The notes beneath the pieces were generated by a model that saw only the letters and a list, made by a program, of their open reading frames with translations, had not been told where the DNA came from and searched no databases. A DNA stretch of 64,000 nucleotides from Alphaproteobacteria bacterium (GTDB lineage: Bacteria; Pseudomonadota; Alphaproteobacteria; Bin95), in contig OZ224045.1 in assembly GCA_963665325.3 (NCBI GenBank), forward strand, positions 1-64,000, written 5' to 3'. Both the position numbers and the translations under genes were made by a program. Below, piece after piece: positions 28,677-41,282 of the stretch. How positions within the stretch are numbered: position 1 is the first letter of the stretch; each line of letters begins with the position of its first letter.

Positions 28677-30037
28677 TGGGCGGCCAGATCGCTTTCCAGG
28701 GACGGCACGACATCGATGTCGGCGCCGATACTCGCCAGCCGTCCGGGAATATCCGCATAGCCCCGCTCGATGAAGTGGGCTCCCAGAACCTGGCTCTCGC
28801 CGTCGGCAATGAGGGCTGCGAGCAGGTAGGCGAAGCCGGCCCGCAGGTCGGGCACTTCGATTTTCCGTCCGACCAGCGGCGTTGCGCCCTGCACGACCGC
28901 ACTGTGCGGAAAGTTCCGTTCCAGAAACCGGCAGAGTTTGCCACCGAGGCAGGCGGTCGAGAGGGCAATATTGGCGCCCATATCGTTCAGCGTCCGGGTA
29001 TAGCCGAAGCGGTTCTCGTAAACCGTTTCGTGCAGCACCGAGACGCCTTCTGCCTGGGTCAGCAGGGTCGCCATCGGTTGCTGCCAGTCCGTCATGAAGC
29101 CGGGATGGACATCGGTCTCGATATGGATCGGCTGCAAGGTGTCACGAGCCCGAAAGAAGGTGATCGAATCGTCCACGATCTCGAAACCGCCGCCGACCTT
29201 CCGCAGCACGTTGAGGAAAGTGACCATAGCCCGCTGGTCCGCCCCGGCGATGCGGATGCGCCCACCGGTTGCGACCGCCGCCATGGCGAAAGACGCGACC
29301 TCGATGCGGTCGGCGATGGGCCGGTGTTGCGCGCCGGAAAGCCGTTCGACCCCCTCGATCACGATTTTCCGGTCCGTCTCGATCTGGATCAGCGCCCCCA
29401 TCTTCTGAAGGAACAGGACGGTATCGACGATCTCCGGTTCGATGGCCGCATTGTGGATGACTGTGGTGCCATCGGCGAGGCAGGCCGCCTGGATGGCATT
29501 CTCGGTCGCGCCGACGCTGGGGTAGGGCAGGTGGATTACGGCGCCCTTCAGCCGGTCGGCCTTGGCGGTATAGCCGTCCCTGTCCGCGTCGATGCGCGCG
29601 CCCATCTGCTCCAGCAGCCCGATGTGAAAGTCTATGGGCCGCTCGCCGATATGGTCTCCACCCACCACCGGAACCCGCGCCATCCCTGCTCGATGCAGCA
29701 GCGGGGCGATCAACAGCACCGGCAGGCGGTTGACGCCGGAATAGCGTTGCCCGATGGCGGTTGAGGCGATGTCTGCGGTCTGGATATCGACCGCGCCGGA
29801 CCCGTCGCGGGAAACGGTCGCGCCGATCTCGGTCAGCATGCCGAGCGCCAGTTCGATTTCGGAGATGTCGGGCACGTCCAGCAGGCGGCAAGGCTCGGCG
29901 GTCAACATCGACGCGACAAGCTGCTTGCTCACGGCGTTCTTGGCCGTCTGGGCGCGGATCGCCCCGTTCAACGGCGTGCCGCCGCGAATAAGGTAGGCTC
30001 TGGCGCCAGCTTCGAGCACGAGTGGAGCCCTCTTCAC
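28673..30037 (-). CDS. murA: UDP-N-acetylglucosamine 1-carboxyvinyltransferase, atypical Asp-type
   Basis: [62 protein letters not shown]. Confidence 0.95.
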   Translation of the reverse strand: MKRAPLVLEAGARAYLIRGGTPLNGAIRAQTAKNAVSKQLVASMLTAEPCRLLDVPDISEIELALGMLTEIGATVSRDGSGAVDIQTADIASTAIGQRYSGVNRLPVLLIAPLLHRAGMARVPVVGGDHIGERPIDFHIGLLEQMGARIDADRDGYTAKADRLKGAVIHLPYPSVGATENAIQAACLADGTTVIHNAAIEPEIVDTVLFLQKMGALIQIETDRKIVIEGVERLSGAQHRPIADRIEVASFAMAAVATGGRIRIAGADQRAMVTFLNVLRKVGGGFEIVDDSITFFRARDTLQPIHIETDVHPGFMTDWQQPMATLLTQAEGVSVLHETVYENRFGYTRTLNDMGANIALSTACLGGKLCRFLERNFPHSAVVQGATPLVGRKIEVPDLRAGFAYLLAALIADGESQVLGAHFIERGYADIPGRLASIGADIDVVPSLESDLAAQ

Positions 30038-30100
30038 GGATCGGGCGCTATCGGCAGCCGGTTATTGTGCTGCCGCGACCTATTGGGGCCGCTTGTAGCT

Positions 30101-30256
30101 TCAGCAGTCCCGTTCGGCAACGCTGTCGGACGTTTCGTTATCATCATCGCGCTCGCCGCGCTGCCGCGCCTTGCGGCGGCGAAGGTTCTGGCGCAAGGCC
30201 TCGGCCAGGCGCCGTTGCCTGTCTTCCTTTGTCTCCCGGTCTCCGGACGCTGCCAT
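30101..30256 (-). CDS. Small basic protein upstream of murA (51 aa)
   Basis: RLAEALRQNLRRRKAR motif, recalled as the conserved small ORF between tRNA-Thr and murA in alphaproteobacteria. Confidence 0.7.
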   Translation of the reverse strand: MAASGDRETKEDRQRRLAEALRQNLRRRKARQRGERDDDNETSDSVAERDC

Positions 30257-30304
30257 GTCCGCTTGCCCTTTCGGCATTCCCTGTGGCATAGACGCGCCCG
30301 GGGA

Positions 30305-30379
30305 GCCGCCGTAGCTCAGGGGTAGAGCACACCCTTGGTAAGGGTGGGGTCGAGTGTTCAATTCACTCCGGCGGCACCA
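30305..30379 (+). tRNA. tRNA-Thr (GGT)
   Basis: GCCGCCGTAGCTCAGGGGTAGAGCA-CACCC TTGGTAA GGGTG-GGGTCGAGTGTTCAATTCACTCCGGCGGCACCA. 75 nt. Confidence 0.96.
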
Positions 30380-31103
30380 TAGCCCGGCGCATGGTGAGCA
30401 TGGTTTCGCGGGCAGCGGCCAGAGCGTCCGCGACCGGAAGGTCGAGCGAGCGCTGGAATACCCGCTTGGTCGCGCGTACCGCCTCCCGGTCGAACGCAGC
30501 CAGGGTTTCCGCCATCGCCAGCGCTTCGTCGACAACCTTCTCGTCCGGCACGACCCGGTTGATCATGCCGAGTTCCAGCGCCCTGTTGGCAGAAACGTCC
30601 TCGGCGAGAGTCAACAGTTCGAACGCTGCCTTGGGCCCGATGCGGTGTGCGAGCCCCGGCGTCACCATGGTGGCGGCCAGTCCGCGCTTGACCTCCGGAT
30701 AGCCGAACACGGCGCTTGCCCCTGCGACCGCAAGATCGCACGCGATGGCGAGATTGCAGCCGCCACCGAGCGCGTAACCGCGCACGGCGGCAATAAGGGG
30801 TTTGTCCGTCAGCCGACCGAGTTCGTATAGCGCAGCGCCCGCCTCCGCCCGGTCCCGCGCTTCGCGCACGCCATCGCCGGCGTGCTCGGCCGCCTCCTTC
30901 ATGTCGGCCCCGGCGGAAAAGGCGCGTTCATCGCCTCGCAACAGGACGCAGGCCACTGTGTCGTCCCTGTGGGCGCGCGCCACCGCATCGCAGATGGCCG
31001 TTACCAACGCACCGTTGAGTGCGTTCAGTCTGCGTGGCCGGTTCAGGGTCAGGATGCGGGTGCTGCCGCGGTCTTCCTGAAGGAGGATATCGGTGTCGGC
31101 CAT
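30363..31103 (-). CDS. Enoyl-CoA hydratase/isomerase family
   Basis: LTLNRPRRLNAL, AFSAGADM, KPLIAAVRGYALGGG, FGYPEVKRG. Confidence 0.92.
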   Translation of the reverse strand: MADTDILLQEDRGSTRILTLNRPRRLNALNGALVTAICDAVARAHRDDTVACVLLRGDERAFSAGADMKEAAEHAGDGVREARDRAEAGAALYELGRLTDKPLIAAVRGYALGGGCNLAIACDLAVAGASAVFGYPEVKRGLAATMVTPGLAHRIGPKAAFELLTLAEDVSANRALELGMINRVVPDEKVVDEALAMAETLAAFDREAVRATKRVFQRSLDLPVADALAAARETMLTMRRAMVPPE

Positions 31104-31172
31104 GCGCGAGGCGTCCTTGTTCCGTCGGGGTCAGTGTATGGTGGGGTGAGAGGAACGGAAGAGGGGAAGGCT

Positions 31173-31799
31173 GTGAGCGATCTCAACCATTGGCTGGAGC
31201 GGGTCTATGCCGCCGGATCCACGGCGGAGAATCAGCGTATCTACGACGACTGGGCAGAGAGCTACGACGACGATGTGTCGTCGGGCGGCTATGCCTACGC
31301 GCCGATGGCGGCGGGCCTGTTCGGGCGCCATGTCGCGCCGGGCGAGACGCCGGTGCTCGATGCAGGCTGCGGCAGCGGCATCATCGGCGCGACTCTGGCG
31401 CGGCTCGGATACGCCAACCTCACCGGCATCGACCTTTCGGACGGCATGTTGCGCGCGGCCGGAGCCAAGGGCGTCTATCGCGACCTGCGCCAGAGGGTAC
31501 TGGGCGAGCCGCTCGACTTCGAGGACGGCGCGTTCCAGGCAGTGGTCTGCACCGGCGTCTTTACTCCCGGGCATGCGCCGCCGGAATCGCTGGACGAGCT
31601 TGTCCGGACGACGGCGAAAGGCGGCTTGCTCATCTTCTCCTGCACGGAGGCGGCACTGGCGGAAGGCGGTTTCCAGGCCAGGATCGATGCGCTGGCCGAT
31701 GCCGGTCTCTGGACGCGGATCGACACGGCGGGGCCGGTCACGGCATTGCCGCAGGCCGCCATCCAGCACGACGCGATGTTTTTCGTCTATCGGCGCTGA
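31173..31799 (+). CDS. Class I SAM-dependent methyltransferase
   Basis: YDDWAESYD, VLDAGCGSG, GIDLSDGML, GVFTPGH. GTG start. Confidence 0.88.
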   Translation: MSDLNHWLERVYAAGSTAENQRIYDDWAESYDDDVSSGGYAYAPMAAGLFGRHVAPGETPVLDAGCGSGIIGATLARLGYANLTGIDLSDGMLRAAGAKGVYRDLRQRVLGEPLDFEDGAFQAVVCTGVFTPGHAPPESLDELVRTTAKGGLLIFSCTEAALAEGGFQARIDALADAGLWTRIDTAGPVTALPQAAIQHDAMFFVYRR

Positions 31800-31945
31800 A
31801 CCGGAGCCTGTCCGTCGCCGTCCGGGACTGCAGGCTCCAGTTCCTTCAGCCTCTTGGCCGACTGGATACGCCGCCAGGTCAGCCAGATCTTGAGGCCGAC
31901 GGCCAGCGCCAGCGCGCCGCAAACGACCAGCGCCTCGACGATCAT
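31787..31945 (-). CDS. 52-aa single-TM protein coupled to ccr
   Basis: ATGA overlap with the ccr stop. MIVEALVVCGALALAVGLKIWLTWRR: hydrophobic helix followed by basic residues. Confidence 0.5.
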   Translation of the reverse strand: MIVEALVVCGALALAVGLKIWLTWRRIQSAKRLKELEPAVPDGDGQAPVQRR

Positions 31946-33177
31946 GAAGCGCCCTGGCCGCGTTCGGTTGCGTTGACCAGCACGGCCATCTGTCCCGCGG
32001 CATGGCGGTTCTCGTGCATCAATTGGTGTGCGTGGCCGAGATCGTCGAAGTCGAACACCTCCGAGAGGCACGGGTCGACCTTGCCGTCGATGACCAGCCG
32101 GTTCACCGCCGCAGCCTGCTCGTCATTGGACAGGTGGCTGCCCTGGAAGCGCTTCTGCCGCATCCAGTGGTAGCGAAGGTCCAGGGTCACATTGTAGCCG
32201 GTGGTGCCGGCGCAGATGACGATCATGCCGCCGGTGTCGCAGACGAACTCGGAGGTCGGCAGGGTCGCTTCACCCGGATGTTCGAACACGATCTTCGGGC
32301 TCGCTCGCTCACCGAGCGCCTCCCAGATCGCCCCTCCGAAAGCGCGGGCTCCTTTGGCCCACGCGCCGTAGGCGGCGCCGTCGGTCGTGTCCGGCATCGG
32401 CCCCCAATGGTCGAAGGCGGTGCGGTTGATGACGCCGACCGCACCCATTTCCATGCACCAGTCCCGCTTGGCGTCGTCCGAGACGACGGCAACCGGCCGG
32501 CCGCCGAGCGCCGCGGTGATCTGGAGCGCCATGGCGCCCAGGCCGCCCGATGCGCCCCACACCAGTACGGCGTCGCCCGGTTCGATGACATGCGGCGGCC
32601 AGCCCATAAGCATCCGGTAGGCGGTCGAGGCGCAGAGCAGGTAGCAGCCGGACTGCTCCCAGGTCAGGTGCTTCGGGCGGGGCTGGCACTGGTGCGCCTG
32701 CGCCTTCGCGAACTGGCAGTAGGAGCCGTAATTGGTCTGGTATCCCCAGATGCGGGTCGAGTTCGCAAGCATCGGGTCCTTGCCGGAGAGCACCCACGGG
32801 TCGTCCGGCTCCCACCAGCCGGAATGGATCACCACCTCGTCGCCTGGCCTGACGTTCGTGACCTCCGAGCCGACAGCCTGGACGATGCCGGAGCAGTCGC
32901 TGCCGCCGGCATGGAAATCTTCCGGCTCGCCCTTGCGCATCCGCTCCTTGATGACGTCAATCGGGTAGCCGAGAGCCGCCCAGACATTGTTGTAGTTGAT
33001 GCCCGTCGCCATGACATAGACGAGCACCTCGTCGGGTTTGAGGTCAGGAACCGGGATGACCTCATGCTGCCAGGCGTCCTTCGGTTCCCCGAACCGGTCC
33101 TGGCGCACGAGGAAGGCATGCATCGTCGCGGGCACTTCGCCGAGCGGCGGCTGTTCGCCCAAAGCGCAGAGTTCCAT
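31942..33177 (-). CDS. ccr: Crotonyl-CoA carboxylase/reductase
   Basis: GINYNNVWAALG, GSDCSG, IWGYQTNYGS, TAYRML, VWGASGGLG, VFEHPG, CAGTTGYN, WMRQKRFQGSH. Confidence 0.93.
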   Translation of the reverse strand: MELCALGEQPPLGEVPATMHAFLVRQDRFGEPKDAWQHEVIPVPDLKPDEVLVYVMATGINYNNVWAALGYPIDVIKERMRKGEPEDFHAGGSDCSGIVQAVGSEVTNVRPGDEVVIHSGWWEPDDPWVLSGKDPMLANSTRIWGYQTNYGSYCQFAKAQAHQCQPRPKHLTWEQSGCYLLCASTAYRMLMGWPPHVIEPGDAVLVWGASGGLGAMALQITAALGGRPVAVVSDDAKRDWCMEMGAVGVINRTAFDHWGPMPDTTDGAAYGAWAKGARAFGGAIWEALGERASPKIVFEHPGEATLPTSEFVCDTGGMIVICAGTTGYNVTLDLRYHWMRQKRFQGSHLSNDEQAAAVNRLVIDGKVDPCLSEVFDFDDLGHAHQLMHENRHAAGQMAVLVNATERGQGAS

Positions 33178-33283
33178 CGGGCCGGCTCCTTCATCGTTTC
33201 GCGTCGGCAGCGATACGCTCTAGGCGGTTGCCGACCGGAATTCAATTCCCGCCCTGTACCCGCGCCGCCGCAGGGGTAGTCGC

Positions 33284-33301
33284 GAGATGTCATGAAATCT
33301 C
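33284..33301. promoter_or_regulatory. 18-bp near-perfect palindrome, candidate operator upstream of ccr
   Basis: GAGATGTCATGAAATCTC, one mismatched pair, in the ccr/prpE divergent intergenic region. Confidence 0.35.
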
Positions 33302-33648
33302 ATGTCTTGTCCTGCGCGGGTCATGACCGGCTCTCCGCCGGCCCCGCCAACGCCCCGGTCCGCCTGTGTCCTGCAGGTCCTTCCTCAGTCGCGTTTCGTT
33401 CCATTTGCGACGCTCCGGGTCCGCGGTGGAGCGGGAGCCGAAGCGGCTTCGGGCTACCGCTTTCCCGACCCATCTTGCCGCAGGTTCTCAGGGGTGTAGC
33501 TATTTGTAGGAAATAAATCAAATTCAATGAACGAATTTCCATCGCCGGGCGGATAAACAGGGCTTCACCGGTGTCAAGGCTCCGCCGGCTTCCGCCGCTG
33601 CCGCCGAGGTGCTATCCATCCGGCCCCAGCGGAAGTGGAGGGATCGTC

Positions 33649-35559
33649 ATGGCCGGAGCATATGAAACCGCGTTCCGCCGCTCGCTCGACGAGCGCGAGG
33701 CGTTCTGGGCGGAAGCCGCCGCCGCCTTGCACTGGTACAAGGCTCCGACGCAAATACTGGATACCGAGGCCACCCCCGCCGGGCGCTGGTTCGTGGACGG
33801 CGTGACCAACACCTGCTTCAACGCCCTCGACCGGCACGTGGAGGCGGGGCGCGGCGAGCAGGCCGCAATGATCTACGACAGCCCGGTGACCGACACGGTC
33901 CGCTCCTTCACCTACCGCGAATTGCGGGACGCCGTGGCGGCCTTCGCCGGCGCGCTCAAGAGCCGTGGCATCGGTAAGGGCGACCGGGTCGTCATCTACA
34001 TGCCGATGATCCCCGAGACGGCGATCGCCATGCTCGCCTGCGCCAGGCTGGGCGCGGTGCATTCCGTGGTCTTCGGCGGGTTCGCCTCCAATGAACTCGC
34101 GGTCCGCATCGACGACAGCACCTGCAAGGCCGTGGTCGCCGCCTCCTGCGGCATCGAGCCGGGACGCGTGGTGGAATACAAGCCGCTGCTCGACGGCGCC
34201 ATCGATCTGGCCGAGCACAAGCCCGACTTCTGCGTCGTCTTCCAGCGGCCCGAGTGCGAGGCGTCGATGGTCGAGGGGCGCGATGTCGACTGGGTCGAGG
34301 CCGTCGCTGAAGCCGAGCCGGCGGATTGCGTGCCGGTAAGCGCGCTCGACCCCCTTTATATCCTCTACACCTCCGGCACGACCGGCCAGCCGAAGGGCGT
34401 GGTGCGCGACAATGGCGGCCACATGGTGGTGCTGCACTGGACCATGAAGAACGTCTATGGCGTCGAGCCGGGCGAGGTGTTCTGGGCCGCGTCCGATGTC
34501 GGTTGGGTCGTCGGCCATTCCTACATCGTCTATGCGCCGCTGCTGGCCGGCAACACGGCCATCCTGTTCGAAGGCAAGCCGGTCGGCACGCCGGATGCAG
34601 GCGTCTATTGGCGCATCATCGAGCAGCACAAGGTCGCCGCGCTGTTCACCGCCCCGACCGCCTTCCGCGCCATCCGCCGGGACGACCCCGAGGCGAAGCT
34701 GCTTCAGGGGCGCGACCTCACGCATTTCCGGACGCTCTTCCTCGCGGGCGAACGCAGCGACCCGGACACGTTGAAATGGGCCGAAGATATTCTGGACCGC
34801 CCGGTGATCGACCATTGGTGGCAGACGGAGACCGGCTGGCCCATGTGCGCGAATTGCATTGGCATCGAGCTCCTGCCCGTCAAACACGGTTCGCCGACGC
34901 GCCCCGTGCCGGGCTGGGACCTGCGCGTGGTGGACGACGGCAACAACGAGGTACCTGCGGAGACCATCGGGGCGCTGGTGGTGAAGACGCCTATGCCCCC
35001 GGGTTCCTTCCCGACGCTCTGGAACGCCCATGAGCGCTATCTGGACACCTATTTCACCGAGTTCCCCGGCTACTACAAGACGGCCGATGCAGGCTACATC
35101 GACAAGGACGGCTACGCCTACATCATGGCGCGGACCGACGACATCATTAACGTCGCCGGCCACCGGCTCTCGACCGGGGCGATGGAAGAGGTGCTGGCCG
35201 CGCACAACGATGTCGCGGAGTGCGCCGTCATCGGAGTTGCGGACCAGTTGAAAGGCCAGATTCCGGTTGGTTTTCTGGTGCTCAAGGCAGGGGTCAACCG
35301 GCCCTTGAGCGAGATCGAGACCGAGGTCGTCGCCATGGTGCGCCGTCGGATCGGCCCGGTCGCGGCATTCAAGACGGCCGTCGTGGTCGACCGCCTGCCG
35401 AAGACGCGCTCCGGCAAGATCCTCCGCGGTACGATGCAGAAGGTGGCCGACCGGGAAACCTGGAAAATGCCGGCGACCATCGACGACCCCGAAATCATGG
35501 CGGAGATCGAGGCCGCGCTGAAACAGGCCGGCTATGCCGGCGGCGCGCCGGCGCCGTAA
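33649..35559 (+). CDS. prpE: Propionyl-CoA synthetase
   Basis: [65 protein letters not shown]. Confidence 0.92.
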   Translation: MAGAYETAFRRSLDEREAFWAEAAAALHWYKAPTQILDTEATPAGRWFVDGVTNTCFNALDRHVEAGRGEQAAMIYDSPVTDTVRSFTYRELRDAVAAFAGALKSRGIGKGDRVVIYMPMIPETAIAMLACARLGAVHSVVFGGFASNELAVRIDDSTCKAVVAASCGIEPGRVVEYKPLLDGAIDLAEHKPDFCVVFQRPECEASMVEGRDVDWVEAVAEAEPADCVPVSALDPLYILYTSGTTGQPKGVVRDNGGHMVVLHWTMKNVYGVEPGEVFWAASDVGWVVGHSYIVYAPLLAGNTAILFEGKPVGTPDAGVYWRIIEQHKVAALFTAPTAFRAIRRDDPEAKLLQGRDLTHFRTLFLAGERSDPDTLKWAEDILDRPVIDHWWQTETGWPMCANCIGIELLPVKHGSPTRPVPGWDLRVVDDGNNEVPAETIGALVVKTPMPPGSFPTLWNAHERYLDTYFTEFPGYYKTADAGYIDKDGYAYIMARTDDIINVAGHRLSTGAMEEVLAAHNDVAECAVIGVADQLKGQIPVGFLVLKAGVNRPLSEIETEVVAMVRRRIGPVAAFKTAVVVDRLPKTRSGKILRGTMQKVADRETWKMPATIDDPEIMAEIEAALKQAGYAGGAPAP

Positions 35560-35611
35560 TACCCGTCTGCTCTCCTTTGCTGCCCGAACCCGAACTCGAA
35601 AGAACGCCCCG

Positions 35612-36805
35612 ATGCCAGATTCGATGAAACAGAAGCGCGCCGCATTCGTCTGGGAAGATCCGTTCCTGCTGGGCGATCAGCTCGACGAGGACGAACGGCT
35701 GGTCAGCGAGACGGCGCGGCGCTTCGTTGCCGACACTCTCGCGCCGGGCGTGCGCGACGCCAACCGCAATGAGACTTTCGACCCTGCCCTGATGAAAGCT
35801 TACGGAGAGGCCGGGTTCCTTGGCGTCGGCCTCGATGGCTATGGCTGCCCCGGCGGCAGTGCCGTCATGTACGGCCTGGTCGCGCGCGAGGTGGAGCGTT
35901 GCGACAGCTCGTATCGCTCGGCGATGAGCGTGCAGTCCTCGCTGGTCATGTTTCCGATCCACACCTACGGCACGGAAGCGCAGAAGGAGAAATACCTTCC
36001 GAAACTGGCCTCCGGGGAATGGATCGGCGCCTTCGGCCTGACCGAGCCGGACCACGGCTCCGATGCCGGCGGGCTGACCACGAGGGCCCGCAAGGTCCCC
36101 GGCGGCTATCGCCTGACCGGCGCGAAGATGTGGATCACGCAGGCCAATATCGCCGACGTGTTCGTGATCTGGGCGAAGGACGACGAGGATGTCATACGCG
36201 GCTTCGTGCTGGAGCGCGGCATGGAGGGCCTGACGACCGCGAAGATCGAGGGCAAGTTCTCCCTGCGCGCCTGGCCCACGGGCGAGATCGCGATGGACGA
36301 TGTCTTCGTTCCCGAAGAGAACAAATTTCCCCACGCACGGGGCCTCGGCGGGCCGTTCGGCTGCCTCAACAAGGCGCGCTACGGCATCGCCTGGGGGTCG
36401 ATGGGATCGGCCGAGTTCTGCTGGCACGCGGCCCGGCAATACACGCTCGACCGCCATGCCTTCGGCCGTCCGCTGGCGCAGACCCAGCTGATCCAGAAGA
36501 AGCTCGCCGACATGCAGACGGAGATTGCGCTCGGGCTCCAGGGCGCGCTTCGCGTTGGGCGGTTGATGGACGAGGGCAGGGTGGCGCCGGAGATGATTTC
36601 GCTGGTCAAGCGCAACAATTGCGGCAAGGCGCTCGATATCGCCCGGGTCGCCCGCGACATGCACGGCGGCAACGGCGTCAGCGACGAGTACCATGTCGTG
36701 CGCCACTCGATGAATCTGGAGGCCGTCAACACCTATGAGGGAACGCACGACGTGCATGCGCTGATCCTCGGCCGCGCCCAGACCGGCCTCCAGGCGTTCT
36801 CGTGA
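35612..36805 (+). CDS. gcdH: Glutaryl-CoA dehydrogenase
   Basis: [64 protein letters not shown]. Confidence 0.95.
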   Translation: MPDSMKQKRAAFVWEDPFLLGDQLDEDERLVSETARRFVADTLAPGVRDANRNETFDPALMKAYGEAGFLGVGLDGYGCPGGSAVMYGLVAREVERCDSSYRSAMSVQSSLVMFPIHTYGTEAQKEKYLPKLASGEWIGAFGLTEPDHGSDAGGLTTRARKVPGGYRLTGAKMWITQANIADVFVIWAKDDEDVIRGFVLERGMEGLTTAKIEGKFSLRAWPTGEIAMDDVFVPEENKFPHARGLGGPFGCLNKARYGIAWGSMGSAEFCWHAARQYTLDRHAFGRPLAQTQLIQKKLADMQTEIALGLQGALRVGRLMDEGRVAPEMISLVKRNNCGKALDIARVARDMHGGNGVSDEYHVVRHSMNLEAVNTYEGTHDVHALILGRAQTGLQAFS

Positions 36806-36813
36806 GGCCGGCG

Positions 36814-37635
36814 ATGCCGACGCAGAGGGAAAAAGCCGAACGGTTCCGGGCCCTGCATGAGGGCGAGGGACCGTTCGTTGTCGCCAACCCGTTCGACGCC
36901 GGGTCGGCGAGAATCCTCGCCGCAATGGGCTTCGCGGCGCTCGCGACCACCAGCGGTGGGTTCGCCGGAACCATGGGGCGCCGGGACGGAGAGGTCACGC
37001 GGGACGAGGCGCTGGCCCATGCGCGGGCGGTGGTCGAAGCCGTGGACCTGCCGGTTTCCGCCGATTTCGAAAACGGGTTCGGCCACGAACCCGGCGAAGC
37101 GGCGCGGACCGTCGAACTGGCGATCGGGGCCGGGCTTGCCGGATGCTCTATCGAGGATGCGACTCTGGAGCCGGACGAACCGCTGTACGATATTGACAAG
37201 GCAGCGGCGCGGATAGCGGCATCTGCGGCTGCGGTGCATGCGACGGACATTCCGTTCGTCCTGACCGGACGGGCCGAAGGCTTCATGCGGGGCAGACCGG
37301 ACCTGGACGACGTCATCGCGCGTCTTCAGGCTTATGAAGCTGCGGGCGCCGATGTGCTCATGGCGCCGGCATTGCCCGACATGGCTGCGGTCACGAAGGT
37401 TTGCGCCTCGCTGACAAAGCCGTTCAGCTTCATGGCCGGGGTGCCGGGCCGGTCCTTCCCGGTCAAGGACCTGGCGGCGGCCGGGGTCCGCCGCATCTCC
37501 CTGGCGACCTCGCTCTACCGTACCGCCATGGGCAGCGTCGAGGCCGCCGCCCGGGAGGTGCGGGACAAGGGCACCTTCACCTATGTGGAAGACGCGATGC
37601 CGTCGAAGGACCTCGCCGACTATATGGGGCCGTAG
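36814..37635 (+). CDS. Isocitrate lyase / PEP mutase family protein
   Basis: NPFDAGSAR, ALATTSGG, PVSADFENGFG, GCSIEDAT, RLQAYEAAGADVL. Start may be the GTG at 36802. Confidence 0.9.
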   Translation: MPTQREKAERFRALHEGEGPFVVANPFDAGSARILAAMGFAALATTSGGFAGTMGRRDGEVTRDEALAHARAVVEAVDLPVSADFENGFGHEPGEAARTVELAIGAGLAGCSIEDATLEPDEPLYDIDKAAARIAASAAAVHATDIPFVLTGRAEGFMRGRPDLDDVIARLQAYEAAGADVLMAPALPDMAAVTKVCASLTKPFSFMAGVPGRSFPVKDLAAAGVRRISLATSLYRTAMGSVEAAAREVRDKGTFTYVEDAMPSKDLADYMGP

Positions 37636-37660
37636 CGCGCCCTGAAGTCTTCCGTTCGGC

Positions 37661-38113
37661 CTACAGGCGCTTGCGCATGTAAATGCGCGGGAAGCCGCGT
37701 TCGACCCGGCGCTCGACTTCTTCGTAGCCGTTGCGCAAATACATGGCGAAATTTTCCGTCATCAGTTCGTGGGTATAGAGGTCGATGCAATCGTATCCGA
37801 GCTGGCGCGCTTCCGCCTCGGCGTGGAGCATGAGGCTGCGACCGATCCCTTCGCCTTGCCTGGGCGGGAGGACGGCGACATTGTCGAGCAGGATGGTTCC
37901 CCGCTCTTCGATCAGGACAATCGCTCCGGCGATTTCGCCACCGCTGTCGATTACGAAGACCCGGCGGTCGCGGACGACCTGCCGGTAGTCGTCCAGCATG
38001 GGCCCGGGCGGTTCGCCCAGTCGCTCGACATAGTGCGAATAGGCTGCGTGAACGCACCGGGCGATTGCGGCAGCGTCGCCAGCGGTTGCAGGGCGGGGTC
38101 GCAGACCGTCCAT
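37661..38113 (-). CDS. GNAT acetyltransferase
   Basis: LLDNVAVLPPRQGEGIGRSL, LYTHELMTENFAMY. Confidence 0.88.
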   Translation of the reverse strand: MDGLRPRPATAGDAAAIARCVHAAYSHYVERLGEPPGPMLDDYRQVVRDRRVFVIDSGGEIAGAIVLIEERGTILLDNVAVLPPRQGEGIGRSLMLHAEAEARQLGYDCIDLYTHELMTENFAMYLRNGYEEVERRVERGFPRIYMRKRL

Positions 38114-38133
38114 CGGATTCGTCACGCCGTCCG

Positions 38134-40263
<2,130 letters not shown>

Positions 40264-40275
40264 CGGCGCGACCGG

Positions 40276-41274
40276 TCAGAGCCAGTCGGGGACGGGCAGG
40301 CCGGCTTCTTTCAGGAAGGCCGGGTTCCAGAGCTTCGCCGAGTAGCGCTGGCCGAGATCGCAAAGCAGGGTGACGACGGTGTGGCCGGGGCCGAGTTCCT
40401 TCGCCGCCCGGATCGCGCCTGCCACGTTGATGCCGCTGGAGAGCCCGACGCAGAACCCCTCATCCTTGAGCAGGTCGAAGACGATCGGCAGCGCCTCGGA
40501 GTCGGGTATCAGATACGGGAAATCGACCTCGAGGCCCTCCAGATTGGCCGTCACGCGCCCCTGGCCGATGCCCTCGCTGATTGAGCTGCCTTCCGACTTG
40601 AGCTCGCCGTTTGCGTACCATTCGTAGAGTGCGGCGCCCTGGGGGTCGGCAAGCGCAATCTTGATGTTCCGGTTGCGCTCAAGCAGGCCCATGGCCGTGC
40701 CGGCCAGCGTGCCGCCGGTGCCGACGGCAGAGACGAACGCATCCACCTTGCCGTCCGTCTGCGACCAGATTTCGGGCCCGGTGGTCTCGATATGGATCTG
40801 GCGGTTGGCGACATTGTCGAACTGGTTGGCCCAGATGGCGCCTTGCTTGTGCGTTGCTGCAAGCTCTTCCGCCAATCGACCGGAAACATGGACATAATTG
40901 CCTGGGTCGCGATAGGGCACGGCAGGCACCTCGCGCAGGTCGGCGCCGCAAAGCCGCAGCATCTGCTTCTTTTCTTCCGCTTGCGTTTCCGGAATTACGA
41001 TAACAGTCCGGTAGCCGCGCGCATTGCCGACCAGCGCGAGCCCGATGCCGGTATTGCCGGCGGTCCCTTCGACGATGATGCCGCCGGGCTCCAACTGCCC
41101 TCTGGCCTCGGCATCGCGGATGATGCCGAGCGCCGCCCGGTCCTTCACCGACCCGCCCGGATTGAGGAACTCCAGTTTGGCGAGCACCTCGCAGCCGGTG
41201 AGCTCGGAGGCTTTCCGGAGACGCACCAGCGGCGTATTGCCGATGGTGTCAATGAAGCCGTCGCGAATGTTCAT
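40276..41274 (-). CDS. cysK: Cysteine synthase (O-acetylserine sulfhydrylase)
   Basis: IGNTPL, NPGGSVKDR (PLP Lys), EGTAGNTG, GTGGT, EGIGQG. Confidence 0.95.
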   Translation of the reverse strand: MNIRDGFIDTIGNTPLVRLRKASELTGCEVLAKLEFLNPGGSVKDRAALGIIRDAEARGQLEPGGIIVEGTAGNTGIGLALVGNARGYRTVIVIPETQAEEKKQMLRLCGADLREVPAVPYRDPGNYVHVSGRLAEELAATHKQGAIWANQFDNVANRQIHIETTGPEIWSQTDGKVDAFVSAVGTGGTLAGTAMGLLERNRNIKIALADPQGAALYEWYANGELKSEGSSISEGIGQGRVTANLEGLEVDFPYLIPDSEALPIVFDLLKDEGFCVGLSSGINVAGAIRAAKELGPGHTVVTLLCDLGQRYSAKLWNPAFLKEAGLPVPDWL

Positions 41275-41282
41275 GGTTCCTT

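Noticed and set aside
21077-30379. Prophage or integrative element at the three tRNAs
   Set aside because: No integrase, phage genes or duplicated tRNA 3' ends were seen.
33178-33648. Riboswitch or small ORFs in the ccr/prpE intergenic region
   Set aside because: Short hairpins exist but match no riboswitch consensus I recognise, and the ORFs have no RBS or motif support.
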